The position numbers were made by a program, and so were the translations under genes. The notes under the pieces were generated by a model. That model was not told where the DNA came from. It searched no databases and was given only the letters and a program-made list of their open reading frames with translations. Of a stretch of 32,000 bases of DNA, positions 1-9,290 are shown piece by piece. Location of the stretch: assembly GCA_963787835.1 (NCBI GenBank), contig CAWBEI010000002.1:335690-367689 (forward strand), read 5' to 3'. Every line of letters begins with the position of its first letter. Within the stretch, counting starts at the first letter, position 1. Origin of the DNA: Ignavibacteriota bacterium. GTDB lineage: Bacteria; Bacteroidota; Ignavibacteria; Palsa-1295.

Positions 1-2
1 CA

Positions 3-593
3 GCCAGTGGAAAGATCTATTATGCTCCTCAAACGCGCGGCGGGGAAGACCAAGTTATCTGGTACGCCGGTTGCTATCGCAAGTGGCACATGGGTTATCA
101 TCATTATGGCGTTGAAGAGAAAGACACCGGGCAATTCGAGACACCGAAAGAGATTCCCTACGCATCCGGCTGCCTCATGCTGCTTCGCGGGAGCGTGATA
201 CAGGAAATTGGCGTTCTCTCACCCGAATACTTTATTTATTGGGAAGAAGCCGATTGGTGCCACCGCGCTCGCGATGCCGGATATATCTGTATGTATGAAC
301 CCAAGAGCGTGATCTACCATAATTTTACAAGCGCGGCACTTGGGTATGAAACGGCATTCCACATGTACATGCAATATAGGAACTGTTTCATCTATGCGAA
401 GAAACATTACCATGGGTTCGAATCCGTTCGCTTTTGGACGCTCTACCCATTATATATGGTCTATCGCTGGATCTTCGATCTTCGAGCAAAAAACCCCAAA
501 GCGGCTCGGGCGATCTGGTGGGGCATGCGGGATTATTTCAAAGGTTACCGGGGAAAACAAGGATTAGTAGAACGCGGATTTATGAAAGCTTAA
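3..593 (+). CDS. glycosyltransferase family 2 protein, C-terminal part (5' end lies outside the window)
   Basis: Frame 3 is open from base 3 to the stop at 591-593. The translation (...IPYASGCLMLLRGSVIQEIG...YFIYWEEADWCHRARDAGY...) has the GT2 acceptor-side region and the E-E/D-x-D-W/L-C-x-R motif typical of rhamnosyl-type GT2 enzymes. The listed ATG at 90 is internal. Confidence 0.75.
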   Translation, partial: ASGKIYYAPQTRGGEDQVIWYAGCYRKWHMGYHHYGVEEKDTGQFETPKEIPYASGCLMLLRGSVIQEIGVLSPEYFIYWEEADWCHRARDAGYICMYEPKSVIYHNFTSAALGYETAFHMYMQYRNCFIYAKKHYHGFESVRFWTLYPLYMVYRWIFDLRAKNPKAARAIWWGMRDYFKGYRGKQGLVERGFMKA

Positions 594-600
594 TTTACAC

Positions 601-1596
601 ATGCCACGATCACTCGTTACCGGCGCCGCCGGATTTATAGGTTCCCATGTTGTCGATGCGTTGATCGAACGCGGTCACGAGGTCGTGGCGCTTGACGATC
701 TTTCCGGCGGATTTGCCGATAACGTGAATCCAAGAGCCAAATTCGTTCAAGCAAGCTGCGTGGACCACGAGTATCTTGCCCGACTGTTCAACGAACATGC
801 TTTCGATTACGTCTTCCATTTGGCGGCCTACGCTGCAGAGGGGCTTTCACATTTTATCAAGCGGTTCAATTACACCAATAATGTGATCGGCTCGGTGAAC
901 CTCATCAATGAAGCAGTGAACCATAATGTGAAGCGGTTCATCTTCACAAGTTCGATCGCCGTCTACGGAAAAAACCAATTGCCGATGCGCGAAGACCTCA
1001 CGCCCGCGCCTGAAGATTCCTATGGTATTGCCAAATATGCTGTGGAACTCGATCTGAAAGCTTCCCACGAAATGTTCGGATTAGATTATGTGATCTTCCG
1101 CCCTCATAATGTGTATGGCGAGCGCCAGAACACCGGCGATAAATATCGAAACGTGATTGGAATTTTTATGAATCAAACCCTCGCGGGTGAGCCGTTCACC
1201 ATTTTTGGCGATGGCGAGCAAAAGCGCGCGTTCTCGTACATCGGTGATGTCGCTCCTATCATCGCCGAAAGCGCAATGCACGAAGGCGCGAAGAATGAAA
1301 TATTTAATGTCGGCGCTGATGCTGTTTACACGGTCAATCAACTTGCTACTGAGGTGATGAACGCAATGGGAACGCCAACAGAAGTGCGACATCTCCCAGC
1401 TCGTAACGAGGTAGTCGATGCATGGAGCGATCACACGAAAGTACAGCGTGTGTTCGGAAAACAACAAGAAACACCACTTTCTGAAGGTCTTAAACAAATG
1501 GCGGATTGGGTTCGAGTAAACGGACCGAGACAATCAAAACCATTCGAAGGCATCGAGATCGAAAAGAACCTTCCTCCAAGCTGGAAGATAAAATGA
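601..1596 (+). CDS. NAD-dependent epimerase/dehydratase (extended SDR, UDP-sugar 4-epimerase-like)
   Basis: 331-aa ORF with an N-terminal Rossmann motif (TGAAGFIGSH) and the catalytic YxxxK (YGIAKY). It starts 8 nt after the GT2 stop, on the same strand. Confidence 0.9.
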   Translation: MPRSLVTGAAGFIGSHVVDALIERGHEVVALDDLSGGFADNVNPRAKFVQASCVDHEYLARLFNEHAFDYVFHLAAYAAEGLSHFIKRFNYTNNVIGSVNLINEAVNHNVKRFIFTSSIAVYGKNQLPMREDLTPAPEDSYGIAKYAVELDLKASHEMFGLDYVIFRPHNVYGERQNTGDKYRNVIGIFMNQTLAGEPFTIFGDGEQKRAFSYIGDVAPIIAESAMHEGAKNEIFNVGADAVYTVNQLATEVMNAMGTPTEVRHLPARNEVVDAWSDHTKVQRVFGKQQETPLSEGLKQMADWVRVNGPRQSKPFEGIEIEKNLPPSWKIK

Positions 1597-1626
1597 GTTG
1601 ATGTTGTAACTTCGAAGTATGATTCG

Positions 1627-4600
1627 GTGTCAATGAAACCATTGGCACCCTTTGTGTCATACTTCAATATGGTCAATACATTTCTTCTCGTTCTGCATAA
1701 AGTTTTTGTCAACGGTTTTGTATCCTCCGGTTTTTCAAGGATTCGTAGAGGATCTCTTCTTTCACTTGCTCTTCTAGCCGGTATAGGCTGGTATGCCCTT
1801 CGTGAAACTAACGCTCACGAAAACGGGATAACGGGGCAGACGCAAAAATCGACGAATGCCGGGTGTTCCTGTCATTGTTCGAGTTCCTCCTCCAGCACGA
1901 CGGTCACGTTAACTGCTTCGAGTGGCTACTCTCCGCTTACCACTGAGCCAAATACAACGTATGATTTTACCATTACGGTCGCGAACAGCGACGAAAGCGA
2001 TGGCGGATGTGATATATCAACATACTCCGGTAATGGGCTGACGGCAGGAACTGGTCTATATGCGTCCAACGGAGAACTGACACACAGTAGCCCAAAAAGT
2101 TTTTCTGGAAACGGGTATTGCAGTTGGACTTTTACCTACACCACCGGTTCAACCGCAGGATGGGATACGATCTATGCTACCGGCAACGCGGTCAACGGGG
2201 ATGGCAGTGATGACAATGGCAATTGCGATGACAAGTGGAACTGGGCCCCGAAATTTATTATCCACATAATTGAACCGACAAAGCGAGCATCGCTAAGCCG
2301 AGAACTCGATCGCGCTTGGGCAACTTCGTGTCGGTCACCGTGTTGCAGATTCTCTCACGATCGCTTCTTATGGGGATACCACGATCACGATCAGCTCAAG
2401 CGCAATGAAGGGCGGCTCCCCCTTCTCGAGTTATCCGACAACAACGAACCGCACGATCGCAACAGGTTCCTTCGAGATCGATAGTGCAATTTTCGCTCCT
2501 ACTTCTCGCGGTACATTTCACGACTCGCTTATTTTCAATACCAATTCCGATACAGTTCCACAGCAACGTATGGGACTGGCTGTGAGCGGCCAAGGCATTC
2601 AGGCTATTTTTAACTCGACGAATGGAACAAGTCTCGCATTTGGGAATTTACATGCCGGAGACACCGCGACACAAACATTCTCTTTCTCGAATACAGGCGA
2701 CGATACACTCTTCCTGCAAACACCTTCTATCTCCGGTAGTGGATTTTCCATTGCTTCTGGGCTTTCAGCGTTTACCTATCCTCCGAACCAATCCGGAAGT
2801 GTTGTTGTGCAATTTGCACCGACCGCGAAACAATCGTACAGCGGAACCCTGAGCTTCTCGGCCTCGGATGGTGTATCGGCACCGACCGTGTCGCTCAGCG
2901 GGAATGGCATCCTGCCACAAATTCAAGTATCGAGTTCTGATAACCTCGGTACCATTCGCGTGGGACAGACCTTGGATGGCTCAGTTACGTTTCAAAATGT
3001 TGGGAATGATACGCTGCACATATCAAACGCTACGCTCAGCCAATCGTCCACATTCTTTAGCATTGGCTCGTACGATCAGTCCGTTATTCCAAATAGAAGC
3101 GACACGATGCAAATTTCTTATACACCGAACGCGGAAGAAACCGACGACGCAACGCTTCATTTCTCGACTGACGACCCCAACGATTCGGCAGTAACGATCT
3201 CAATCAGTGCTACCGGCGCCCTCCCCCACATGGTAGTCGAAGAGAAGAACGATACTGTAAATATGGGGCAAATAAAAATAAACTCCAGTACGACCGCTAC
3301 GATCGGCATCGCCAACAATGGAGGGGTTGACCTTACTGTTTCCAGTGTCAGCGTAAGCCCACGTCCCTTTGCGCTCGATGGAAGTATCCACATCGTGAGT
3401 GCCGGAACAACTTCGAGTGTAACGGTGGGGTTTTCGCCAACAGTAGCTGGAACCTTTACCGGGGAGCTCATCGTGCAAGGAGACGATCCGAATAATGCGT
3501 CGGATACGGTTTATCTCTCTGGCACTGGCATTACCACTGCGCTCTCCATCGATCCCAGCAGCGTCGATTTCGGACGAGTTCCCATCTTCGCGGATAAGCT
3601 GGATACGATTACCCTCAGTGATTCCGGGAAGGCAAATGTAACGATTTACAGTGCACAACTCTCTCCAGCAACAGGCGCGTTTAGCGTCGTCGGAGCGACG
3701 CCAACCCAGGTGCTTGCCGGAGGATCTGCCGTTATCGTTCTTAACTTCGATCCGGATTCGAATGTGATTTATTCTGGCATACTGACGCTAACGACCGATG
3801 ACGCCAACACGCCGATCAGGACGATCGCTCTCAGCGGGCTTGGCGTAAAGGATCCGTTCACGGCGACTCCCTCTCAAGTCGATTTTGGGCAGGTATCGGT
3901 TTTGACGACCGTTCAGGACACGATCACCATGAATAATGCCGGGACCTCGAGTGTAACGATCTCGAATGCTCAGCTTTTGCCGGCTTCCGGCTCATTTACT
4001 ATCGTTGGAACTGTTCCAGATCAAATCCCTGCAGGAGGCTCTGCAATAATGATCGTCAGTTTCCATCCCGATACCGCCGGCCAGCTACTCCGGAACGATC
4101 TCGCTGACCACAAACGACGCCAGCGTTCCGATCCGCAGCATTACGTTATCTGGAACCGGGATCAAGGGTGCCCTTTCTGTAAATCCATCCTCCATTAATT
4201 TTGGCACCGTGTTGATTGGCCATGATTCCAGTATCACTGCAACGCTCCACAATACCGGCCAGGCAAGTATTGATATTGATTCGATCATGCTCACTGGTTC
4301 GAATAATGCCGGATTCAGATATGGTGCATTTTCCATCCCTCTGACCATTTTGGCCGGGAATTCAACTACCATGAATATAAGCTTCTCGCCTACCATCGCG
4401 GGAAGTTATCCTGGCAACGTACAACTTATTTTGCAAGACGGCACCTCGATAAATATTTCGCTTCAGGGCGTTGCAACAGGTGCCGGAGTATCACAAAACG
4501 AATTCAAAGCATCCCAGTTTTCGCTATCGTTATCGCCGAACCCGGCCGGGAACTCTGTCCTTGCACATGCTTCCCTCGCGAGACCATCAGAGACCCTTCT

Positions 4601-4778
4601 GGAGATCTTCGATGCCACTGGGCACATGGTGCTTTCCCTGCCGATCGGAATGCTATCCGAAGGCAACTATGACATTTTCGTACCAACAGCAAGTTTGGCG
4701 AATGGCAGCTACTTCGTCCGTGTGAGTAACACGAATGGGGATGCTGCCGAAGCGCAATTGGTGATAGAAAAACAATAA
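1627..4778 (+). pseudogene. large repetitive cell-surface protein with a T9SS-type C-terminal sorting domain, interrupted by two +1 frameshifts (near 2296 and 4082)
   Basis: Three consecutive ORFs (1627-2484 frame 1, 2405-4198 frame 2, 4209-4778 frame 3) continue one protein. The roughly 100-aa repeat pattern (..FG.V.VG......T..N.G...L.I........F......P..I..G.S....V.F.P...G.Y.G.L.....D......I.LSG.G) runs straight across both junctions once the frame is shifted by +1. The last ~80 aa (SLSPNPAGNSV...GSYFVRVSNTNG...LVIEK) resemble a T9SS type A CTD. The N-terminus has a hydrophobic signal/anchor segment. Confidence 0.7.
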
Positions 4779-4785
4779 AGGAAAA

Positions 4786-4814
4786 GGGACACGCGGACTG
4801 CGTGTCCCTTTTTT
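4786..4814. terminator. bidirectional rho-independent terminator
   Basis: GGGACACGC-GGACT-GCGTGTCCC hairpin followed by TTTTTT and preceded by AAAA. It lies between convergent genes ending at 4778 (+) and 4839 (-). Confidence 0.8.
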
Positions 4815-4838
4815 ATTCTCGAAGAGAGAAATCGTTAC

Positions 4839-5435
4839 TTAGTGGGCTGTCTTTCTGACAGCACCGTGATGTTGCTCGGCTGCTGGCGCGGCTGCCGGTG
4901 CGGCTTTCTTAGCCGGTTCGGCCTTCTTTTCAGGTGCGGCTGCCTTCGTTGTGTCAGCGGCAGGAGCAGCAGCAGCAATTTGCTGAATGCGCTGCTGGAG
5001 GCTGGAGTGAGCGTCCTGCAAACTCTTCCACTTATCCGTAAGATCAGTGGTGGCAGTTCCTAAATGATCGTCCGCAGCCTTCAAGCTATCTTGCTGGTCG
5101 GGCGTGGCATTCATATACATCTTTGCATTATCGACAAGCGCGCTGAGAGCGGTCATGTCGGCCTCATGCTTCATGAGATCGGACTTGACCATGCCGATCA
5201 TCGTCGTATCGGCGCCTGGTTTTGCTGCAGCCGTCGCGAGCGTGGCCATCCATTGATCGTGATCGGTGTGCATGGTCGTCATGCCTTGATTGATCTGATC
5301 GATGAGTGTTTGAGCCGACGCTTTCTTCGTAGCATAATCGGTTGCAAGCTGTTCATCTTTCTTGCTGCATGCAGCCATCCCGATCGTAAAAGCTGCGAGC
5401 ATCGCTAACAATGATAATTTTCGTAAAGAGATCAT
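4839..5435 (-). CDS. hypothetical lipoprotein with an Ala/Lys-rich C-terminal tail
   Basis: The ORF runs 4839-5468. An internal Met at 5435 gives MISLRKLSLLAMLAAFTIGMAAC, a signal peptide plus lipobox Cys. I recognise no family. Confidence 0.6.
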   Translation of the reverse strand: MISLRKLSLLAMLAAFTIGMAACSKKDEQLATDYATKKASAQTLIDQINQGMTTMHTDHDQWMATLATAAAKPGADTTMIGMVKSDLMKHEADMTALSALVDNAKMYMNATPDQQDSLKAADDHLGTATTDLTDKWKSLQDAHSSLQQRIQQIAAAAPAADTTKAAAPEKKAEPAKKAAPAAAPAAEQHHGAVRKTAH

Positions 5436-5648
5436 ATCTAATGGTTTGTTTTTGAGTGAGCTGTTCACAAGCAGCGTTTGGAATGATGAGTCATTCGCAG
5501 AACGCGATCCTGTGGTTAGTTGAAAAAATCTATGCCGGATGGTTCATGATAGAACCGCCCATGCGTCGCGCGAAAACAAAGAAATTGCTGAAAAGTGCTA
5601 ATAGGAGTTCTGGGATAAGCAGATTATAACCTGATCAATAATTTGTAT

Positions 5649-5730
5649 TGTCATTCCCGCGAAAGCGGGAATCCGAACCCCGCCCTTGCCTTAAAGCCAA
5701 ACCTGGATTCCCGCTTTCGTGGGAATGACA
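5649..5730. repeat. 82-bp nested palindromic MITE/REP-like element (family 1, copy 1)
   Basis: Terminal inverted repeats TGTCATTCCCGCGAAAGCGGGAATCC ... GGATTCCCGCTTTCGTGGGAATGACA. Each arm contains its own CCCGC-GAAA-GCGGG hairpin. A second copy of the same length is at 25484-25565. Confidence 0.85.
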
Positions 5731-5741
5731 GAAAACCTTGA

Positions 5742-6410
5742 CTACCGCATCCGCTCCCTCGCCAATTCATAGACTCGCTCGACCTGAGCTTCGATCGTCA
5801 GACGGGTCGTATCGAGTTCAATGGCGTCCGGAGCCTTCCGAAGCGGCGAGATCGTGCGTTCCCTGTCGCGCTTATCCCGCTCCTCTATTTGTTGCCGGAG
5901 TTCTTCGAGTGGGATTTGCGTGCCAAGCCGCTCGAACTCGATTTCTCGCCGTTCCGCTCGAACGCTGGCATCTGCGATCAAAAATATTTTTAACTCCGCG
6001 TCAGGGAACACCACGGTTCCGATATCGCGGCCTTCGAGCACTACGCCACCATCGCTGCCAAGTTCGCGCTGTTTCTCCACCATCTTTGCCCGCACATCAG
6101 CAAGAGTTGAAAGCTCGCTTGCCAGAAGTGCAATATCCGGCTCCAGAATTTCGCGGGAAACATCCACGCCGTTCAACAGGATATTTCCTTTCTCGTCAAA
6201 TCCGATCTCTGCCTGAGAAAGCAGTTCGTGAACCCGCGCGGGATCGTGCCCGTGATGATCGCGGCGACGCACCATCAGAGCAAATGCGCGATACATCGCA
6301 CCCGTATTGAGATGCGTGTAGCCGAGCCGAGCCGCGACTTGCTTGGCAGTCGTGCTCTTACCGGAGGCCGTCGGGCCATCGATCGCTATGATTATTCCTT
6401 TAGGGCGCAA
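5742..6410 (-). CDS. cmk: cytidylate kinase
   Basis: 222-aa ORF with IAIDGPTASGKSTTAKQVAARLGYTHLNTGAMYRA, the P-loop plus the conserved Cmk N-terminus. It appears to start at TTG (6408-6410). Confidence 0.92.
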   Translation of the reverse strand: MRPKGIIIAIDGPTASGKSTTAKQVAARLGYTHLNTGAMYRAFALMVRRRDHHGHDPARVHELLSQAEIGFDEKGNILLNGVDVSREILEPDIALLASELSTLADVRAKMVEKQRELGSDGGVVLEGRDIGTVVFPDAELKIFLIADASVRAERREIEFERLGTQIPLEELRQQIEERDKRDRERTISPLRKAPDAIELDTTRLTIEAQVERVYELARERMR

Positions 6411-6525
6411 TGTTTTATAATAGATTCGCTAAGAAGAGGAAATGACATGAGTATGTTCCGAATCATCTAAGAATGATACCAGGTCTTGGCTCGAACAATG
6501 CATCTAATATTTTTTTTTACAAATT

Positions 6526-6657
6526 CATTTAATGAACTGTGGCGTTTCCGAGCCAATTTCGCCAATATGTCTTTTAGAAATAGGTGCCCTTTAAACGCAA
6601 TTGGGTACTGTCCTAATTAGACTTGGTTCCTAAAACGATATAGTTTTTGTTGTTAAG
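6526..6657. repeat. composite conserved non-coding module (W part 6526-6610, Z part 6620-6657)
   Basis: The W part shares CATTTAATGAACT ...(about 40 nt)... AGAAATAGGTGC with 16970-17035. The Z part (GACTTGGTTCCTAAAACGATATAGTTTTTGTTGTTAAG) matches 12788-12825 at 36/38 positions. Confidence 0.8.
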
Positions 6658-6659
6658 GC

Positions 6660-7004
6660 TTACATCCCAATGCTTCCCATAAGTTGACGCACGATGCTCT
6701 GAATTAAATTCGGAGTGACTTCATTGAGCGAAAACGGTTGACCGGCATCTTGTTCAACGATAATTTTACCTTTACGAATCGAGAGCGGGATCATCCTTGT
6801 GATAGTAGGAGACTCCGAATAGCCGGAAAAATGAATACGAAAACATCTCTCTTCCAGCCCATTTTTAGTTTCGGTAATAGTCAAGCTGCACCGATCTGAG
6901 TCGTGGATTATTTCTGCGACAATATCGGGGTTTTGTACTAACCTCATTTTAATAAGGTCGAAGGTTGGAAGCATTATCTGGTTCGCACATTCATCAAAGT
7001 TCAT
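6660..7004 (-). CDS. hypothetical protein (114 aa)
   Basis: It is the only long ORF in this interval and I recognise no motif. It is flanked by conserved modules Z (3' side) and X (5' side). Confidence 0.5.
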   Translation of the reverse strand: MNFDECANQIMLPTFDLIKMRLVQNPDIVAEIIHDSDRCSLTITETKNGLEERCFRIHFSGYSESPTITRMIPLSIRKGKIIVEQDAGQPFSLNEVTPNLIQSIVRQLMGSIGM

Positions 7005-7060
7005 ACTCTCGGAACGCCAGAGATTCGAGTGGCATTCCCATCCCCACGGGCAGGTTCGGT

Positions 7061-7092
7061 GCTTTCAGGTTTTCCGATTGAGGAAACGATAC
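7061..7092 (+). promoter_or_regulatory. conserved 32-nt leader/inverted-repeat module Y, copy 1
   Basis: GCTTTCAGGTTTTCCGATTGAGGAAACGATAC lies 26 nt upstream of the ATG at 7119. It is 31/32 identical to the reverse complement of 12703-12734 and contains a TTTCC-GATTGA-GGAAA hairpin. Confidence 0.8.
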
Positions 7093-7118
7093 GAGGAATA
7101 TTGCCGTAAGAAGAACTG

Positions 7119-7463
7119 ATGGATTATCGTGGTCAAGAAGCATATTATGATGAAAAAGGAACACTTCGCCGAAAAAGCGACGGCGTGAGGATTGTTCTCA
7201 CTCTAAAAGAAAGAGAGCAATATAAAAAAGAAGGCTATCTTTCTAACGGCGTAGAGACCGAGCCTCTTAGAGAAGAAAAATTGCAACGTCAGGGTTGTAT
7301 GCTTTTATTGCTGAAGGATAAGTCACTGAACGACAAAGAAACTGAGCGGCGCATCAGCGCATTCGCAAAACAACTTATTAGAGAGAACAAAGGCAATCCT
7401 GACTTCTGGGTCATTCGCGCCCCAGAGGACAATACACAACCCTCTCATTGGACGGTTTTATGA
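7119..7463 (+). CDS. hypothetical protein (114 aa)
   Basis: ATG-initiated ORF directly downstream of module Y. I recognise no family. Confidence 0.5.
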   Translation: MDYRGQEAYYDEKGTLRRKSDGVRIVLTLKEREQYKKEGYLSNGVETEPLREEKLQRQGCMLLLLKDKSLNDKETERRISAFAKQLIRENKGNPDFWVIRAPEDNTQPSHWTVL

Positions 7464-7684
7464 TCGTCGGATGGAGCGACATATTTGTCTAAAATCTTGG
7501 TAATCTCATCTTCTGCGGAGCATTCTAAGCAAATGGCATAGTAGGTAAGGGCGAACGACTCTTCGTTTTCATATTCTCCTTTAACCGATTTAACGACCTC
7601 AACGGTATGCTTATCGTTAGTTGTGCATTTCGTATTCGCAAATCGTTTTTTAATTTCAGGGGGAATGCGAGGGATTGTTTCCAT
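7445..7684 (-). CDS. hypothetical protein (79 aa)
   Basis: ORF convergent with 7119-7463, overlapping it by 19 nt. No recognisable motif. Confidence 0.35.
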   Translation of the reverse strand: METIPRIPPEIKKRFANTKCTTNDKHTVEVVKSVKGEYENEESFALTYYAICLECSAEDEITKILDKYVAPSDDHKTVQ

Positions 7685-7872
7685 ACAAATTCAACATTCG
7701 CTGGAGTTAAAGCATTCTTCAGGATCGAGCGCGCTTATTCGAAGCCGCTTTGCTCCATCGTGGCTTTCTTGCATAATACTCCGCACGGCGCGCCCGAAGC
7801 TCTTCGGTTCTTCGGAGGTCGTGTTTGTGTTTGGCGCGGAGTTCATTGGAACGGGTTGATCGAGGAGTCTTT

Positions 7873-8793
7873 TCATAAGGATGCTCCGGTCAATTCCTCA
7901 TACGTCAGCCGTTTGCCGAAGAGCATCGTGGCCGCCTTGATGAATCTGCCGGAGTCATTGTCCTTTCTGTTATCGTACCGGAAACCCTGTTCGTCAAGGT
8001 AGCGGTCAAGATGATAGGGTTCAACGTGGATGTACGTGCCTTTGAGGGCGCGCTTCACCAGCGACCAATAGTTCTCAATGGTATTCGAATGCGTGTTACC
8101 CTTGACGTATTCACCGCGTTTGTGATTGACAGTCGAGTGATCGTAAACGACACCGAGTGCCTTGTACGAATTCGCTTCGTCACTGTAAAGGGTTGAGCCG
8201 ACCTTCACGGTTGCAAGCACTTGATTCTGAAGCGTCCGTGCGTGAGTGTTCTCAATGACGCGCGCCTGTACTTTGCCACCCCGTTCAACGGCCCCGAACA
8301 CGATGGTCTTACCATCGCTTCCGCCACGGGATTTTACTTTGTTCGCGTGACGATTGCGCTCGGCACCGCCGAAGTAACTTTCATCTATCTCGACAGAACC
8401 CGTAAGTTTTTCCCCCGCATCCTTGGCAATACTTTCTCGGATCCTATGCCCGACATGCCATGCGCTCTTTTGTGTAATTTCTAAGGCCCGTGCTATTTCG
8501 TAGGAGCTAATTCCATTCTTACAATTAACGACCATCCACACCGCAGGAATCCATTTTGTAATGGGAATTGGCGAGTTGTGCATGACCGTCCCGGCCTTCA
8601 AGGAGAACTGCTTCTTGCAGTCCCGGCATTTGAAGGCCGGACGAGTACGCATTCCGTAGATTGCTGTGGAGCCGCACTTTATGCAGCATCGTTCACCGCC
8701 ATGCCAATAAAGCTCCGACAGGAATTCGACGCATACCACTTCCGAGGAGTAGTAGCGTACCGCTTCGAGTAGGCTTTTGGGTGTTTTGAGCAT
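7873..8793 (-). CDS. IS1595-family (ISXO2-like) DDE transposase
   Basis: 306 aa with an N-terminal zinc ribbon (CIKCGSTAIYGMRTRPAFKCRDCKKQFSLKAGTVMHNS). The catalytic region has VEIDESYFGG, LYSDEANSY and HSNTIENYWSLVKR, characteristic of IS1595 transposases. I could not identify the element ends. Confidence 0.85.
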   Translation of the reverse strand: MLKTPKSLLEAVRYYSSEVVCVEFLSELYWHGGERCCIKCGSTAIYGMRTRPAFKCRDCKKQFSLKAGTVMHNSPIPITKWIPAVWMVVNCKNGISSYEIARALEITQKSAWHVGHRIRESIAKDAGEKLTGSVEIDESYFGGAERNRHANKVKSRGGSDGKTIVFGAVERGGKVQARVIENTHARTLQNQVLATVKVGSTLYSDEANSYKALGVVYDHSTVNHKRGEYVKGNTHSNTIENYWSLVKRALKGTYIHVEPYHLDRYLDEQGFRYDNRKDNDSGRFIKAATMLFGKRLTYEELTGASL

Positions 8794-8961
8794 GATCGTG
8801 AGTTATTAGGAACGTTCCCGGTGGAAATTGGATTAAATAGAAATACCCGATCATTAATAATAATGATCGGGCAAGTTGTGGCCCAAGCCACACGATTAAA
8901 TTGTGCCAGAATTCGCGTTCTGGTAGTAGCATGATGAGTGCGCGGGGGCGTTCTCGTCATG

Positions 8962-8994
8962 TACCCGGAGTGTGATTACTCCGGGTTTTCTTTT
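8962..8994 (+). terminator. rho-independent terminator on the + strand
   Basis: ACCCGGAGT-GTGATT-ACTCCGGGT hairpin followed by TTTTCTTTTT. No annotated + strand gene lies upstream; only a hairpin-rich stretch (8800-8960). Confidence 0.6.
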
Positions 8995-9044
8995 TCCGAA
9001 TGAAGAAGCGTGGTCGATGCGGCTCATACGGAAAGAAAATCACA

Positions 9045-9126
9045 TAAAAAACCCCAAGATATTACCTGAAAAACTCGCTTGCTGGCGTTGAGTCCCGACC
9101 GAAGCCGGGTAGGTAAATCTTGGGGT
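9045..9126 (-). terminator. long compound hairpin terminator on the - strand
   Basis: On the - strand, ACCCCAAGATTTACCT pairs with AGGTAATATCTTGGGGT (one bulge). The stem encloses a CGGC-UUCG-GUCG tetraloop hairpin and is followed by TTTTTT. It lies about 165 nt downstream of the protease gene stop (9291). Confidence 0.6.
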
Positions 9127-9290
9127 CAAACCCAAAAAAGTTTCAGTTGTATCGCCAGCAAGACGATGTAGGCTTTCACCTGACTTGGTTGCTAACGTAT
9201 CATTACACTGTTCGTTTCAGTTCGCATGAAAAAAGTGGAAACTCTGAAAGCGGATTTGGGTTTCCATCGTGGCCTTTGGAACTAAATGGG

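Noticed and set aside
2285-4090. Programmed +1 frameshifting at the two breaks in the large surface protein gene
   Set aside because: Neither site has a slippery P-site codon, an adjacent stop or rare codon, or an upstream SD-like stimulator. An indel mutation or assembly error is the simpler explanation.
5738-6310. 190-aa and 131-aa ORFs on the + strand
   Set aside because: They are antisense to cmk, which has clear kinase motifs. Their composition (Arg/Ser/Pro-rich) fits a shadow ORF.
6620-6657. Module Z as an integron attC site
   Set aside because: On neither strand do the ends fit the RYYYAAC / GTTRRRY core sites. The module has no internal imperfect palindrome, and no integron integrase is present.
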